Of a stretch of DNA of 64,000 nucleotides, positions 1-12,740 are shown piece by piece. The stretch is from contig CP086569.2 in NCBI GenBank assembly GCA_009914755.4, forward strand, positions 6,080,001-6,144,000, read 5' to 3'. A program made the position numbers and the translations under genes. The stretch is from the human T2T-CHM13v2.0 reference genome, Homo sapiens. The notes beneath the pieces were generated by a model that was not told the origin of the DNA, made no database searches, and worked only from the letters and a program-made list of their open reading frames with translations. Position 1 is the first letter of the stretch. Each line of letters starts with the position of its first letter.

Positions 1-1480
1 CTTCTTAGGCTTCTTGGTTCTGCAGGAAGCCCTGCCTTTGAAAGAGCAACCCCAGGGAACACAGGCAGCCTGTGCCTAGAAATTACAGTATGGTAAGTTT
101 TAAAAAGACTCATCCCGACAAAGTCTGGGAGGCTTGAGGCATCCTGCAGATTCTTTTGGATCTGTACGGATTTTGTGGCTTATTCCTGGGGCTGTGCTTG
201 ACTTTTCTTCAGGCTGACTCACCTGCTCCCTCTCCTTAGGCCCATGGGACTATCGTGGGAATCCCACAGGGAAGATAGGCGAGAGTCCACCGCTGACTCA
301 CCTCCACGGAGTTCTTATCCACAAAGTCACAGGGACTTATCCCTAGGCAATGGTGGCCTTCATTGTGATGCTAGCTGGAGCCCATAGCTCAGTCCTTGTG
401 TCTAAGAGTATGCAGGCTTTCGTGATGGGCTGTCAGACCTGTCAGCCAGCCTAAAAAAAAAAGAAAAAAAAAGATACAGGAAGAGCCGGCACGGTATTGA
501 AAAAAATGCTGCCTACAATAACTCAATGAGGGACCATAAATGTCTCAACTGTAGTGCCTCTACAAGTCATTCCTGTGGCCAGGTCCCACTGGAGAAGGAG
601 GTGATTCGAGACTACGAGGTGGTCTTTGGAAAGTGTTACTCTGATTCCATTCCTGAAAGGCTGTGTGCAAGAGTCTGGACAGATGGAGGTTAGAATATAT
701 TCTGGTGAGTTGTTGAGGGCTCTTTGGGTGGTGGAATCATACCTGAGAGACCAGAGGTGGGTGTCATCAAAAGATGGCTGGGCTCTTGACCTCACTGCCT
801 CCCTTCATGCTGGGCCTTGCAGAGGCCCTCTGGGAAAGGAAGGAACCACGAAAAAAGCAAGTCCAAGGCAGAGCAGTGTTCTCTGACCTCGAGCTGACCC
901 CTAACGGATTCAGATGAGGTTGAGACAGTGTCTCAGAGCCCGTCTGTGATGAATGCAAGCCTAAAAAGGGTTTCCAGTAATGCTGTTGAGGGGCACTGTG
1001 GACCCAAGATGAAAGCAAAGAAAATTCAAGGCCTGCCTGAGAGAACCACCTGACTTGTGCTGGAGTCCAAGTAACATTCAAAGATTTCTGTCACAGGACC
1101 CTAAATCCTCCTGCAAATTGCAAACAGCCTCAGCTGCAACAATGAGACCATGACCCACAAGCTGGAGCTCAGCCAGCCTGCCTAAATTCCCTTTTGCTTT
1201 CAGAAATCCCTGGCAGCCAAAAGATTTGTGGTGAGTGGCACCCCCATCCAGAAACAGCCCAATGAAAGATCCCCTCCACAATAAGAAAGGACATATAGAT
1301 GAAATGAAATAGAGTCTAGATTTCCAGGCAAAAGACAGAAATGCCTGCCTGTTTCTCATCCTAGAGAAACTGTGTAGCCCTCTGATAGAAGTGGGAGAAC
1401 AAGAGTTTCCTTGTTGGTGGCTGCAACGGGAATTTACAGTTCTAAAAGTATCACAACTCTCCAGTCATTAAAACGTGACA
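1..1480 (+). repeat. Macrosatellite unit U0, partial (3' ~1.47 kb of a unit; window starts mid-unit).
   Basis: It begins at about unit position 1010, inside the segment around gtttcaaaaagactca. It carries the downstream unit motifs up to the anchor at 1481. Confidence 0.75.
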
Positions 1481-3794
1481 GTGTTTAGAAGGAAACATTC
1501 ACTCAATGAATTCCCATGAGGGTCGTCCTCCATGAACTGGGAACATTTAGTTTGGAAGAAATTGAGCCAGACCAAGGAAACCCTATGCTGAAAAGGAACA
1601 CGGAAGTCAAGAAAACAAGAGGCAAGTGTGGAGGCCACATGCCACCCAGTATCTATCGATTGCCCTCCCATTATGCTTCAGATATAAAAGCCCTCAAATT
1701 GGGAGATTGTGAGGATGGCCCCAGTTTGCACTCCAAATATTCCCTGAACGTTGGAGTACTCCCACCTGAACAATGGGGATTGTGTGGACTGCTTTTGCAA
1801 CTAAAGGAATTTGGCAATGCAGTTGGAAACACCTTCTGTGTCATCTGTTTTAAACTTTTTTGCAAGCTAAGGTGTGGGACCCCATACACCCCTCAGCAGA
1901 TTGTATCCTCACCCCTAACTGTTCTTTTTGCTGCTCACACTCTCTGTTCCAGAAAAAAAATCCCAAAACGATGGAGGAGTTGCCCCTCATGACATGTAGA
2001 ACCTGCTCTCCTGGGAACCAAATTCTAGGTAAATTCAAAGGGTCTTGTGAACAACACTGCTATTGTCTCTCCCTGGGATGGCCACAGAACAATGAAAAAC
2101 ATTGTGATGTCTATTCTTAGGTGTGGTTTTCTCCTGTTCTTTCCTGAAGAGTGACACTTTTGCAGGTGGAGGGGACTTGGACCCTAGCAGGTCATAGCCA
2201 GCCTCTCAATTAACTGCATTCATGATCCACAGAAAAATAAAGAACACACATACCAAGTAAAACAGCAGAGACAAGTCACCAAAATTTTTGGAGACTCAAA
2301 AAAAATGCTATAGTGCAATAGCTACATTCCTTTAAGCAGACTCCACTTACAGACACACACATGCACACACACACAAACACACAATGCCACAAACACACAT
2401 GCAGATTTTGAACATTTGCAACACTCCCACAGAAACATACAGCCTGGTCTCGCCTGAAGCTGTGTGGTTCTGCAGGAAACCCCACATGGCATAGAGCAAC
2501 AATGCACAACACAAGGGGGGCTGTAACTAGAAATCACAGTGGGGCAAGTTTCAAAAACACACCCCTACAATGTCTAGGCAGGCCTGAGGAATCCACTTCT
2601 GCCCTCTCCTAGGATTGTGGGACTATGCCATGGATTTCACAGAGAATAAAAGCAGAGTCCACTGCAGATGCACCCCCATGAAGGTCTCCTTTTTCCACCA
2701 AGCCTCAGGGCCTTGTTGCTAGGCAATGATAACATTCATTGTGATGCTCAAAAGAGCTCACAATCAGGTCTGGTGCCCCAAGACTAGTGCAAACACATTC
2801 ATGAGTTAGGTTCACTTACCTGGCTGTCAGAGCTGTTAGCCTGCCTAACCAAGGAAAATGGTACAGGCAGAACCTGCCTGGTATCAGAAAAAAAGCAGCC
2901 TGTGAAAACCCATTGCTGGACCCAAAAAAGTCTCCATCTCTGGGCCCCTTCGTCCGTCTCTGTGATCGGGTCCCATTGGAGGAGAAGGCATTTTGAGATT
3001 GTGAGGTGGTCTCTGGAAACTGCTGTTCTGACTCCATTCCCAAAAGAGAATGTGTGTCAGAATCAGGTCCCATGGAAATTGGTTTATAGTCTGGCGTGCT
3101 GTTGAGGGGTTTTTGGGTGATAGAATCAGACTTTGTTGAGGGTTTTTTGGGTAAAAGAATCATACTTGAAACCCCAGAGGCGGCACTTGACCTGTTCTTA
3201 CACCTCAGACTGGCCTCTCAAGGGCACAGATGACATTGAAACAGTGTCTCAGATGTCATCTGTGGTGATGGCAAGGGTGAACAGTATGTGCAGTAGTGCA
3301 GTTGGGGGACACTGTGGATCCCCCATGAAAGCAAAGAAAAATCTAGGCTCGCATGAGAGAACAAGCTGCCTTGTGCTGGAGTACAGGCAATGTTCAACGA
3401 TTCCTGTCTGAGGACGCAAAAGCCTCCCACAAAGTGCAAAGAACCTCAGCCCCCAGAACGAGACAACAATCACAACATGGAGCCCATCCAGCATACACAA
3501 AGTCCCTTTTGCTGTCTAAAATTCCTGGCAGTTAATTAAACTGTAGAGAGAGGGAGTCCCATCCAGGAACAGCCCAAAGAAACAGCCCTCCCACAATGAG
3601 AAGGCCGTGAAGATGAAATAAAATAGAGACTAGATTACCAGGCAAAAGCTAGACATGTTTGCCTGCTTCTTATCCTTCAGAAATCGTGCAGCTTTCTGAT
3701 GCAAGTGGGAGAACAAGGGTTTCTTTGTTGGTGACTGTAATACAAATTTACAGTTTTAAAAATATTAAAGCTGTGCAGTCATTAAAATGTGACA
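1481..3794 (+). repeat. Macrosatellite unit U1 (2314 bp).
   Basis: Anchor to anchor. (CA)-rich tract near 2340-2400. Confidence 0.75.
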
Positions 3795-6186
3795 ATGCTT
3801 AGAAACCAACACTCACACAATGGATTCCAGTGAGGGTCATTCTTCATGAACTGGGAAATGTTTAGTGTGGAAGTTGTTGAGCCAGACCCAGGAAACCCTA
3901 GGCCAATGAGGCGCATGGAAGAAAGGAAAAGAAGAGGCAAGTGTGAAGGCCACATGCCACCCAGCATCAATACATTGCACTCCCATTTGCCTCCGTGTAT
4001 GAAAGACCTCAAATCCAGAGTTTGCCAGGATGGTCCCAACTGGCACTTCCAATATTCCTTGCACATTGCAGAACTCCCACCTGAACATTGGGGCCATGGT
4101 GTGGACTGTTTGTGCAATTAATTAAATGTGAGTACAGACGTAGAATCACCTCCTGCATCAATTGTCTTCATTTTTATTGCATGGGAAGTTGTGGGACCCC
4201 TTCCACCCCTCATCTAATTGTATCCTCACTCCAGTCTCACCTTATTCCTTCTCACACTCAATGTCCCAGAATGAAAACCTAAGACAATGGAGAAGGGACC
4301 CTTCATGATTTGAAGCACCTGCATGGCTGGAAACTGAATTTGTGGTAAATTCAAGGGCACCTGCAGACAGGACTTTAATTGCCTCTCCCTGGGTTGGAAG
4401 CAGGGCAATGAAATGTGGCAGATGTCAATTTTTCCACTTTTTGTGGTGTGGTGTGTCCTTCTTCTTTCTAGAAAAGTGGACTTTTTTTTCAGGAGGAGGT
4501 GATTTGGATGCCAGTGGATCCTTGCCCGCCTCCCAATTCACTGCGGATTCACGATACACAGAAAATTTAAAAACATGGAGCCCCGCAAGCCAAGCAGAGC
4601 CACACATAAAGGCCAAACAGAAGGTTTGGAGACACAGAAAAAGAAGCAGTGAAGTGTGATAGCCACATTTCTTTAAGCAGACTGCACATACAAGCACAAA
4701 CACAGAGACACACAATCACACAATGCCACACACATACACAGACTTTCAACACTCACAACACTCCCACAGAAACACACAGTCTGGCAGCCTCTGAGGTTGT
4801 GTGGTTCTGCAGGAAGCCACACCTGGCATAGAGCAACCCTGGGGAACACAGGCGAGCTGTAACTAGAAATCACATGGGGGCAAGTTTCAAAAAAACTCAC
4901 ACCTACATCTAGGCAGGCCTGAGGTAAACAGCAGATCCTTTTGGATTCCTAAAGATTTTGCAGTTTATTCCTGGGACTATGCTTTCATTTCCTCACACTG
5001 TCTCTCATCTGAAATCTCCTAGGATCATGGGACTATCCCGCGGATTCTGCAGAGAAGACAGGTGACAGTTCACCATGGACAAACCTCTACGGAGGTCTCC
5101 TTCTCTGACAGGAGGCAGGGACTTGTGGCTAGGCAGTGGTGATATTTTTGGGATGCTAGCCAGAGCTCACAGTCTGACCTGGAGAATAGTGCATGTGCAT
5201 TCATGAAGCAGGCTCGGGCACCCAGCTCTTACAGCTGTCAGTCTGACTAGCAGAGAAAAATGGTAGAGGCAGAGCTGGCATACTATCAGAAAAAATGCTG
5301 CCTGTGAAAACCCACTGTGGGTCCCCAAAAGTCTCAACCTCAGGGCCCCTTCAGGCAGCCTCTGTGGTCGGGTCCCACTGGAGGAGGATGCATTTCAAGA
5401 CTGTGAGGTTGTCACTGGAATCCACTCTTCCAGCTTCATTCCCATAGGAGGCTGTGTGCCAGAATCGAATACGATGGGGTGTCAGTGAAAGATGGCCAGG
5501 CTTTTGACCTCACTGTCTCCCTTCATCCTGGGCCTTGCAGGGATTCTTTGAGAAAGGAAGGAACCATGAAAAAGCCAAGTCCAATGTGAAACAGTACTTT
5601 GGACTGGCCTCTCATGGGTGCAGATAAAATTGAGACCATGTCTCAGAGGTTGTCTGTGGCAATGGCAAGCCTGAGAAGAGTGTCCAGTGGTGCTATTGAG
5701 GGGCACTGTGGATTCAACATGAAAACAAAGAAAAATCAATGCTCACCAGAGAGAATGGGCTGCCTTGTGATGGAGCCCAGAAATTTTCAATATTTCCTGT
5801 CAGAGGACCCAAAACCCTGCTGCAAAGTGCTAACAACCTCAGTCACCACAATGAGAAAATGACCCAAAACCTATAGTGCAGCCAGCCTACCCAAAGACCT
5901 TTTTGCTTTATGAAATCCCTGGCAGCTAAATAATTTGTGGTGAAAAGCAGTCCAATCCAGCAGCAGCCCAATAAAAAATCACTTCCACAATCAGAAGGTG
6001 GTGCAGATGAGATGAAACAAATGCTGGATTACTGGGCAAAAGCCAGACATGGCTGCCTGATTTTCATTCTTCAGGAATCATGCAGCCCTCCAATAGAAGA
6101 GGGAGAACAGGAGTTTTCTTGCTGGCAGCTGTAATGGGAATTTATTGTTTTAAAAGTATCTAAGATGCCCAGTCATTAAAACATGA
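3795..6186 (+). repeat. Macrosatellite unit U2 (2392 bp).
   Basis: Anchor to anchor. CA-rich tract near 4690-4750. Confidence 0.75.
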
Positions 6187-8581
6187 CTGTTTAGAAGGAA
6201 ACACTCATGCAATGGATTCCCATGAGGGTGATTCTCTGTGAACTGGGAAATGTTTAGTGTGGAAGTCATCGAGCCAGTCACAGTAAACCCTCAGCCAATG
6301 ATGGACATGGAAGTCAGGAAAAGAAGAGGCAAGTTTAGGGGTCACATTGCACACAGCATTAATGCATTCCACCCCCATTTGGCTGAGATATGAAAGCTCT
6401 CATGTGAGAAGTTTGCCAGAATGGCCCCAATTTGTATACCAAGTGTCCCTTGAAGGTTGAAGTAATTCCACCTGAAACCAGGACATGGTGTGGACAATTC
6501 CTTTGCAGGTGAAATTGTGGGACTCTATCCACCCCTCAGTAGATTATATACTCACCTCTATCTGACCTTATTGCTGCTCACATTCTATTTCACAGGATGA
6601 AATCCCAAGACAATAGAAGTGTGTCCCTTCATGATGTGAAGCATCTGATTGAATTCGAGGTAAATTCAAGGGGCCTTGAAGACAGGATGACTAGTGTCTC
6701 TCCCTGATTTGGCCACAGGATGAGAAAACACTGGGATATGTTTGTTTGTGTGTGTGTGTGGTGTGCTCCTCTTCTTTCTAGAGAGGGCCTTTTTTTATTT
6801 CAAGGGGAGGTAATTTGGATGCCGGGGGGTCTCAGGCCACCTCCCAGTTCACCATGGATTCATGATCAACAGAAAAATAGAGAACATGGAGCCCTGCAGC
6901 TCCAGCAGAGCCACACAAGCCAACAAAAGATAGGAGTCTCAAAAAAAAAAGAAATGCTGGAGTGTGTTAGCCCCATTCCTTTAAGCTGACTCCACTTACA
7001 GGCACACACACACAAACACACACAGACACAAACACACATGCAGACATCCAACACTTGCAACACTCCTACAGAAACACACAGCCCAGCAGCTCTAGAGGCT
7101 GTGTGGTTCTTCATGAAACCCCACCTGGGAGACATCAATCCTGGGGAACAACTGGGGGCTGTATCTAGAAATCACAGTGGGGCAGTTTCTGGAAGACTAA
7201 TTTCTACAATATCTTGGTGGAACTGAGAAATCCTGCAAATACTTTTGGATCTTTGGGGATTTCACAGTTTATTCCTTGGGCTATGCTTGAATTTTTTCAG
7301 GCTGGCTCATGCCTGCCCTCTCCTAGGATCATGTGTCTATCCCATGGATCCCACAGAGAAAACAAGCAAGAGTACAACACCACTGCACCTTCACAGAGGC
7401 CTGTTTCTCAGCTAAGTAGCAGGGACTTGTCACTAGGCCACGGTGACATTTAATGTGATGCTAGCCAAAGCTCACAATCAGGCCTGGTGCCCTGAGACAA
7501 GCATGTGCATATTCGTGATGTCAGCGTAGGAACTTGTCTGTCAGAGCTGTCAGCCTGCCTTAGCAGAAAAAAATGGTACAGGCAGAGCCAGGTTGGTATC
7601 ATGAAAAAGGCTGCTGGCAAAAATCCACTGTGGGATATTAAGAGTCTCAACCTCAGGAATGCTTTGGGCCATCTCCGTTGTCAGGTTTCTCTGGAGAAGG
7701 AGGTGTTTCATGACTGTGAGTGAGTCTCTGGAAACTGCCCTTCTGACTCCATTCTGAAAAGAGGCTGTGTAAGAATCAGGTCGCTTGGGGATTGGAATAT
7801 AGTCTGGTATGTTGTTGAGGGTTATTTTGGTGATAGGAACTTACCTGAGAACCCAGAAGTGGGTGTCAGTGAAAGATGGCTGGGCTCTTGACCTCACTGT
7901 CTCCCTTCATCCTGGTCCTTGCAGGGCCTCTCTGCAAAAGGCAGGAACCACGACAAAGGATAGTCCACAGTAAAGCAGTGTGCTGACACCTGGGGCTCAC
8001 AACTCACAGGTGCAGATGAGGTTGAGACAGTGTCTAAGAGGCTGTTTGTGGTGATGGTAAGCCTGAAAATGGTGTCCAGTACTACTGTTGAGGGGCAATG
8101 TGGATTCCCCATGAAAGCAAAGAAAAATCAATGCTCACCTGAAAGAATGAGCTACCTTGTGATGGAGTCCAAGCAATGTTCAATGACTCATATCAGAGGG
8201 CTCAAAAGCCTCTGACAAAGTGCAAACAATCTCAGTCCCCACAACAGGACAATGACACACAACCTGGACTCAGCCAGCCTACCTGAGGTCACTTTGGTTC
8301 TCAGAAATCTTTGGCAACCAAATAATCTGTGGCAAGAGGCCGTTCCATCCAGCAACAGCCCAATGAAAGAGCCCCTCCGCAATGAGACTGCAGTGCAGAA
8401 GAAATAAAACAGAGGCTAGATTACCAGACAAAAGCCAGAAATGGCTGCCTGCTTCTCATCCTACAGGAATCCTGTAACCCTCTGGTAGAAGTGGGAGAAA
8501 CAAGAGTTTCCTTATTGGTGGCAGTAATGGGAATTTATGGTTTTAAAAGTATCAAAGCTCCCCAGTCATTACAACCTGATA
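6187..8581 (+). repeat. Macrosatellite unit U3 (2395 bp).
   Basis: Anchor to anchor. CA-rich tract near 7000-7050. Confidence 0.75.
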
Positions 8582-10385
8582 GTGTTTAGAAGGAAACATT
8601 CATGCAATGAATTCTCATGGGGGTTGTTCTTCATGAACTGGGAAATGTTTAGTGTGGAAGTCGTTGAGCCAGACCCAGGAAACCATATGCTCATGAGAAA
8701 CATGAAAGTCAGGAAAAGAAGAGGCAAGTCTGGAGGCCACATCCCACCCAGCATCAATCCATTCCACCTCCATTTGACTCCAGGTAAGAAAGCCCTCAAA
8801 TCTGGAGTTTGCCAGGACGGCCTCAATTTGCACTCCAAATGGTCTTTTACTGTGGAGTACTCCCAACTGAACAGTGGGCCATGGTGTGGAATGCTGGTGC
8901 TTAAAGTAATGTGGAAATGGAGTTGAAAGCTCCTTGTTTGTCATCAGTATTCATATTTTTTTACAGGTGGGGTTGCAGAACCCCATCCAACCCTTACTAG
9001 ATTGTATCCACACCCCTATCTGACTTTATTTCTGCTTACACTCTATTTCTCAGGATGAAATCCCAAGATGATGGAGGCTTTCCCCCTTATGACATGAAGC
9101 ACCTGCTTGGCTGACAACTGAATTCGAGGTTAATTCAAGGGGCCCTGTGGACAGGACTGACAGTGTCTCTCCTTGGGTTTGCCTCAAGATAATGAAAAAC
9201 TAGGAGTTGTCTGTTTTTGGTGTGGTTTGCTCCTCTTCTTTCTAGAAGAGTGGCTTTTTTCACAGGGGTGGTGATTTGGATGCCGGGGTATCTCAGCTGC
9301 CATTGAATTCACTGTGGATTCATGATCCACAGGAAAATGAAGAACATGGAGCCCCAAACCCCAAGCAGAGCCACATAGACTGGCCACAAAAAGGTTGGAA
9401 AACTAAAAAAAAAGAAGCACTGATGTGTGTTAGCCATATTCCTTTAAGCAGACTGCACTTAAAAGCACACACACACAGACACACACCAACAAGCACACAA
9501 TGCCACACACACATGCAGACATCCAACACTTGCAACAGTCCCACAGAAACACACAGCCTGGCAGCTCCTGATGCTCAGTGGTTCTGTAGGAAGCCCCACC
9601 TTGGAGTGAGCAACCTCGGAGAACAGAAGAAGGATGTACCTAAAAATCACCTAGGGGCACTTTTCAAAAATTCTCACCCCTACAGCATTTAGGCAGGCCT
9701 AATGAATCCTGCATATCATTTTGGATTATTAGGGATTTTGCAGTTTATTTCTGGGGCTCTGCTTGAGGTTTCTTCAGGCTGAATCATGTCTGCCCTTTCC
9801 TACATTCATGGGACTATTACATGTTGCTGGCAATGGTGACGTTCATTATGGTGCTAGCCAAAGCTCACTTTCAGGCCTGGTGCTCTGAGAGTGGTGCTTG
9901 CTTGTTCATGAGACAGGTTGGGCACCAGGCTGTCAGAGCTGTCAGCCTGCCTAAGCAGAGGAAAAGGTTACAGGCAGAGATGGCCTATTGTCAGGAAAAA
10001 GGCTGCATATGAAAACCCTCTGCAGGACTGTTAATGTCTTGACCCCAGGGCCTCTTCCAGCTGTATCAGTGGTTTGGTCCTGCTGGAGGAGGAGGCAATT
10101 TGAGATTGTGATGGGGTCTTTGGAAACTGCTCTCTGACTCAATTTTCAAAAGAGGCTGTGTGGAAGAATCAGATAGCTATGGGGACTGGAAGATAGTCTG
10201 CAGATGAAGGGAAACAGAGCCTAGATTACAAGGCAAAAGCCAGACATGGCTGCCTGGTTCTCCTCCTTCACGAACCCTGCAGCCCTCTGATAACGGTGGG
10301 AGAACAAAAGTTTCCCTGTTGCTGGTTGTAATAGTAGTTTATGATTTTAAAAGTATCACAGAAACTCAGTCATTAAATCGTGACA
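8582..10385 (+). repeat. Macrosatellite unit U4 (1804 bp), shortened by two internal deletions (~130 bp near 9812 and ~560 bp near 10200).
   Basis: Junction catgggactattac|atgttgctggcaatggtgac and junction ggaagatagtctg|cagatgaagggaaacagagcctagattac. Each joins non-adjacent parts of the unit. Confidence 0.7.
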
Positions 10386-12740
10386 GTGTTTACAAGTAAA
10401 TACTCACACAATGCATTTTTATGATGGTCTTCTGTGAACAGGGAAGAGTTTAGTGTGGAAGATGTTGAGCCAGATCCAGGAAGCCCTACACCAATGAGGA
10501 CAATGGAAGTCAGTAAAAGAGGACACAAATGTGGAGGCCACAACCCACCCAGCATCAATCTATTCCACTTCCATTTGACTACAGGTATTAAAACCCTCAA
10601 ACCAGGAGTTTTCCAGATTGGCCACAATTTGCACTCCAAATTTTTCCTGCAGGTTGGAGTACTCCCACCTAAACACCAGGCCATGTTGTTGACTGATTTT
10701 GCAATTATGGGAATGTGGGGATGGAGTTGGAAGCACATTCTGTGTCATCTATTTTCACCCTTTTTGCTGGTGAAGGTACGGGACCCCATCCACCCTTCAC
10801 CAGGTTGTATACTCACCCCTATCTGACCTTATTGCTGTCACACTCTCTGTACCAGCATGAAATCTCAAGATGATGGAGGATTGCACCCTCAGGACATGAA
10901 GCACCTACTTGGCTGGGAACTGAATTCTAGGTAAATTAAAGGGGCTATGCAGACCAGAGTGCTAGTGTCTGTGGGTTGGCTGCTTTATAATGCAACACTG
11001 GGAGATGTCTGTTCTTGGGTGTGGTGCTCTCCTCTTCTTTGTAGAAGAGTACCTGTTTTTTTGGCAGGGGCAGACGATGGGGAACCCGGCTGGTCACAGA
11101 CAGCTTAACTAGTCATTGCTGATTCCTGATCCACAGAATTCATTTACATACACACACACAGACACATACACAAACACACAAAGCCACACACACATGCTGA
11201 CATCCAACACTCGCAACACTCCCACAGTAACACACAGCCCAGTAGCTTCTGAGGCTGTGTCATTCTGCAGAAAGCCCCACCTGGGAGAGAGAAACTGCTG
11301 GGAACACAGGAAGGCTGAAGTTGGAAATTACAGTGGGACACATTTCAATAAGACTAACCCCTACAATGTCTAGGCAGGCCTGACAAATTCTGCAGATCCT
11401 TTTGGATCTGTAGTGATTTTGTGCTTCATTCCTGGGGCTCTGCTTGACATTTCTTCAGGCTGGCTCACATCTACCCTCTCCTAGGATCATGGAACTGTCC
11501 CATGGATCCCACAGAGAAGACAGGTGACAGTGCACCACCATTGTACCTCCACAGAGGTCTCCTTCTCTACCAAGCCAAAGGGAATTGTTACTAGCAAAGC
11601 TGGCATTCATTGTGACACTAGCTACAGCTCACAGCTCAGGTCCATTGCCCTAAGACTAGCACATCCACATATAGTGACTCAAACTGGAGCACCAGGGTGT
11701 CAGGGCTGTCAGCCTGCCTAAGCAGAGGAAAATGGTACAGGCAGAGCTGGCTTGGTATCAGGATAAAGGCTGCCTGTGATAACGCATTGCAGTACCCTAA
11801 AAGTCTCAAACTTAGGGCCCTTATATGCCATCTCCATGGTCAGATCACATGGGAGGCAGAGCCGTTTCAAGACTGTGAGGTTGTCTCTGGAAACTACTCT
11901 TCTGACTCCATTCCTGAAAGGGGTTTTGTGAAAGAATCATGCCCCATGAGGATTGAAATATATTCTGGTGAGATGTTGAGCAGTCTTTGGATGATGGACT
12001 TATACCTGAAATACCAGAAAAGGGTGTCAGCAAAAGATGGCCTGGCACTTGACCTCTCTGCACTCATTCATCCTGGGTTGGGTAGGTGCTATCTGGGAAA
12101 AGCAGGAACCAAGACAAAGGCAAGTCCAAATTGAAACAGTGTTCTCATACCTCAAACTGGCCTCTCACAGGTGCAGATGTGGTTCAAACAGTGTCTCAGA
12201 GGCCATCTGTGGTGATGGCAAGCCTGAAAAGTGTATCCAGTAGTGTGGTTGAGTGGCAATGTGAATCCCCCATGAAAGCCAAGAAACATCAAGCATCATC
12301 TGAAAGAACGAGCTGACTTGTGCTAGAGTCCAAGCAATGTACCAATATTCCTGTCACAGAAATAAAAAGCCTCTTTCAAAATGCAAACAACCTCAGACCC
12401 CACAACAAGACAATGACCTAAAACCCGATGTGCAGCCAGTCTACTCTATAACCATTTTGCTTCCTGAAATCCCTGGCAGCCAAAATATCTGTGGCAAGAG
12501 GCATACCCATCCATTAACAGCCCAATGAAAGAACCCATTCACAATGAGAAGGAGGAGCAGATGAAATGAAGCAGAGGCTAGATTACCAGGCAAAATCTAG
12601 ACACAGCTACATGCTTCTCATAATACAAGAATCATGCAGCCCTCTGAGAGCAGAGGGAAAAGAAGAGTTTCATTGTTGGTGGCTGTAATGGGAATTTAGT
12701 TTTAAAAGCATCAAAGCTGCCCAGTTATTAAAACGTGACA
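10386..12740 (+). repeat. Macrosatellite unit U5 (2355 bp).
   Basis: Anchor to anchor, with a diverged anchor gtgtttacaagtaaatactcacacaatgcatt. Confidence 0.72.

Noticed and set aside
1516-1992. Recurrent ~60-170 aa plus-strand ORFs near the start of many units (for example 1516-1992, 8537-8926, 10434-10826, 15227-15649, 22559-23065, 54340-54693, 60600-60953) with similar peptides (…FSVEVVEPDPGNPRPMRNMEVRKRRGKCGGHIPPSINPFHSHL…).
   Set aside because: They are the same repeat-unit segment translated in whichever frame stays open. The frame switches between units (22559 and 60600 read a different frame from 8537 and 15227), and starts and stops are not conserved. I recognise no domain. They are chance ORFs in satellite DNA.
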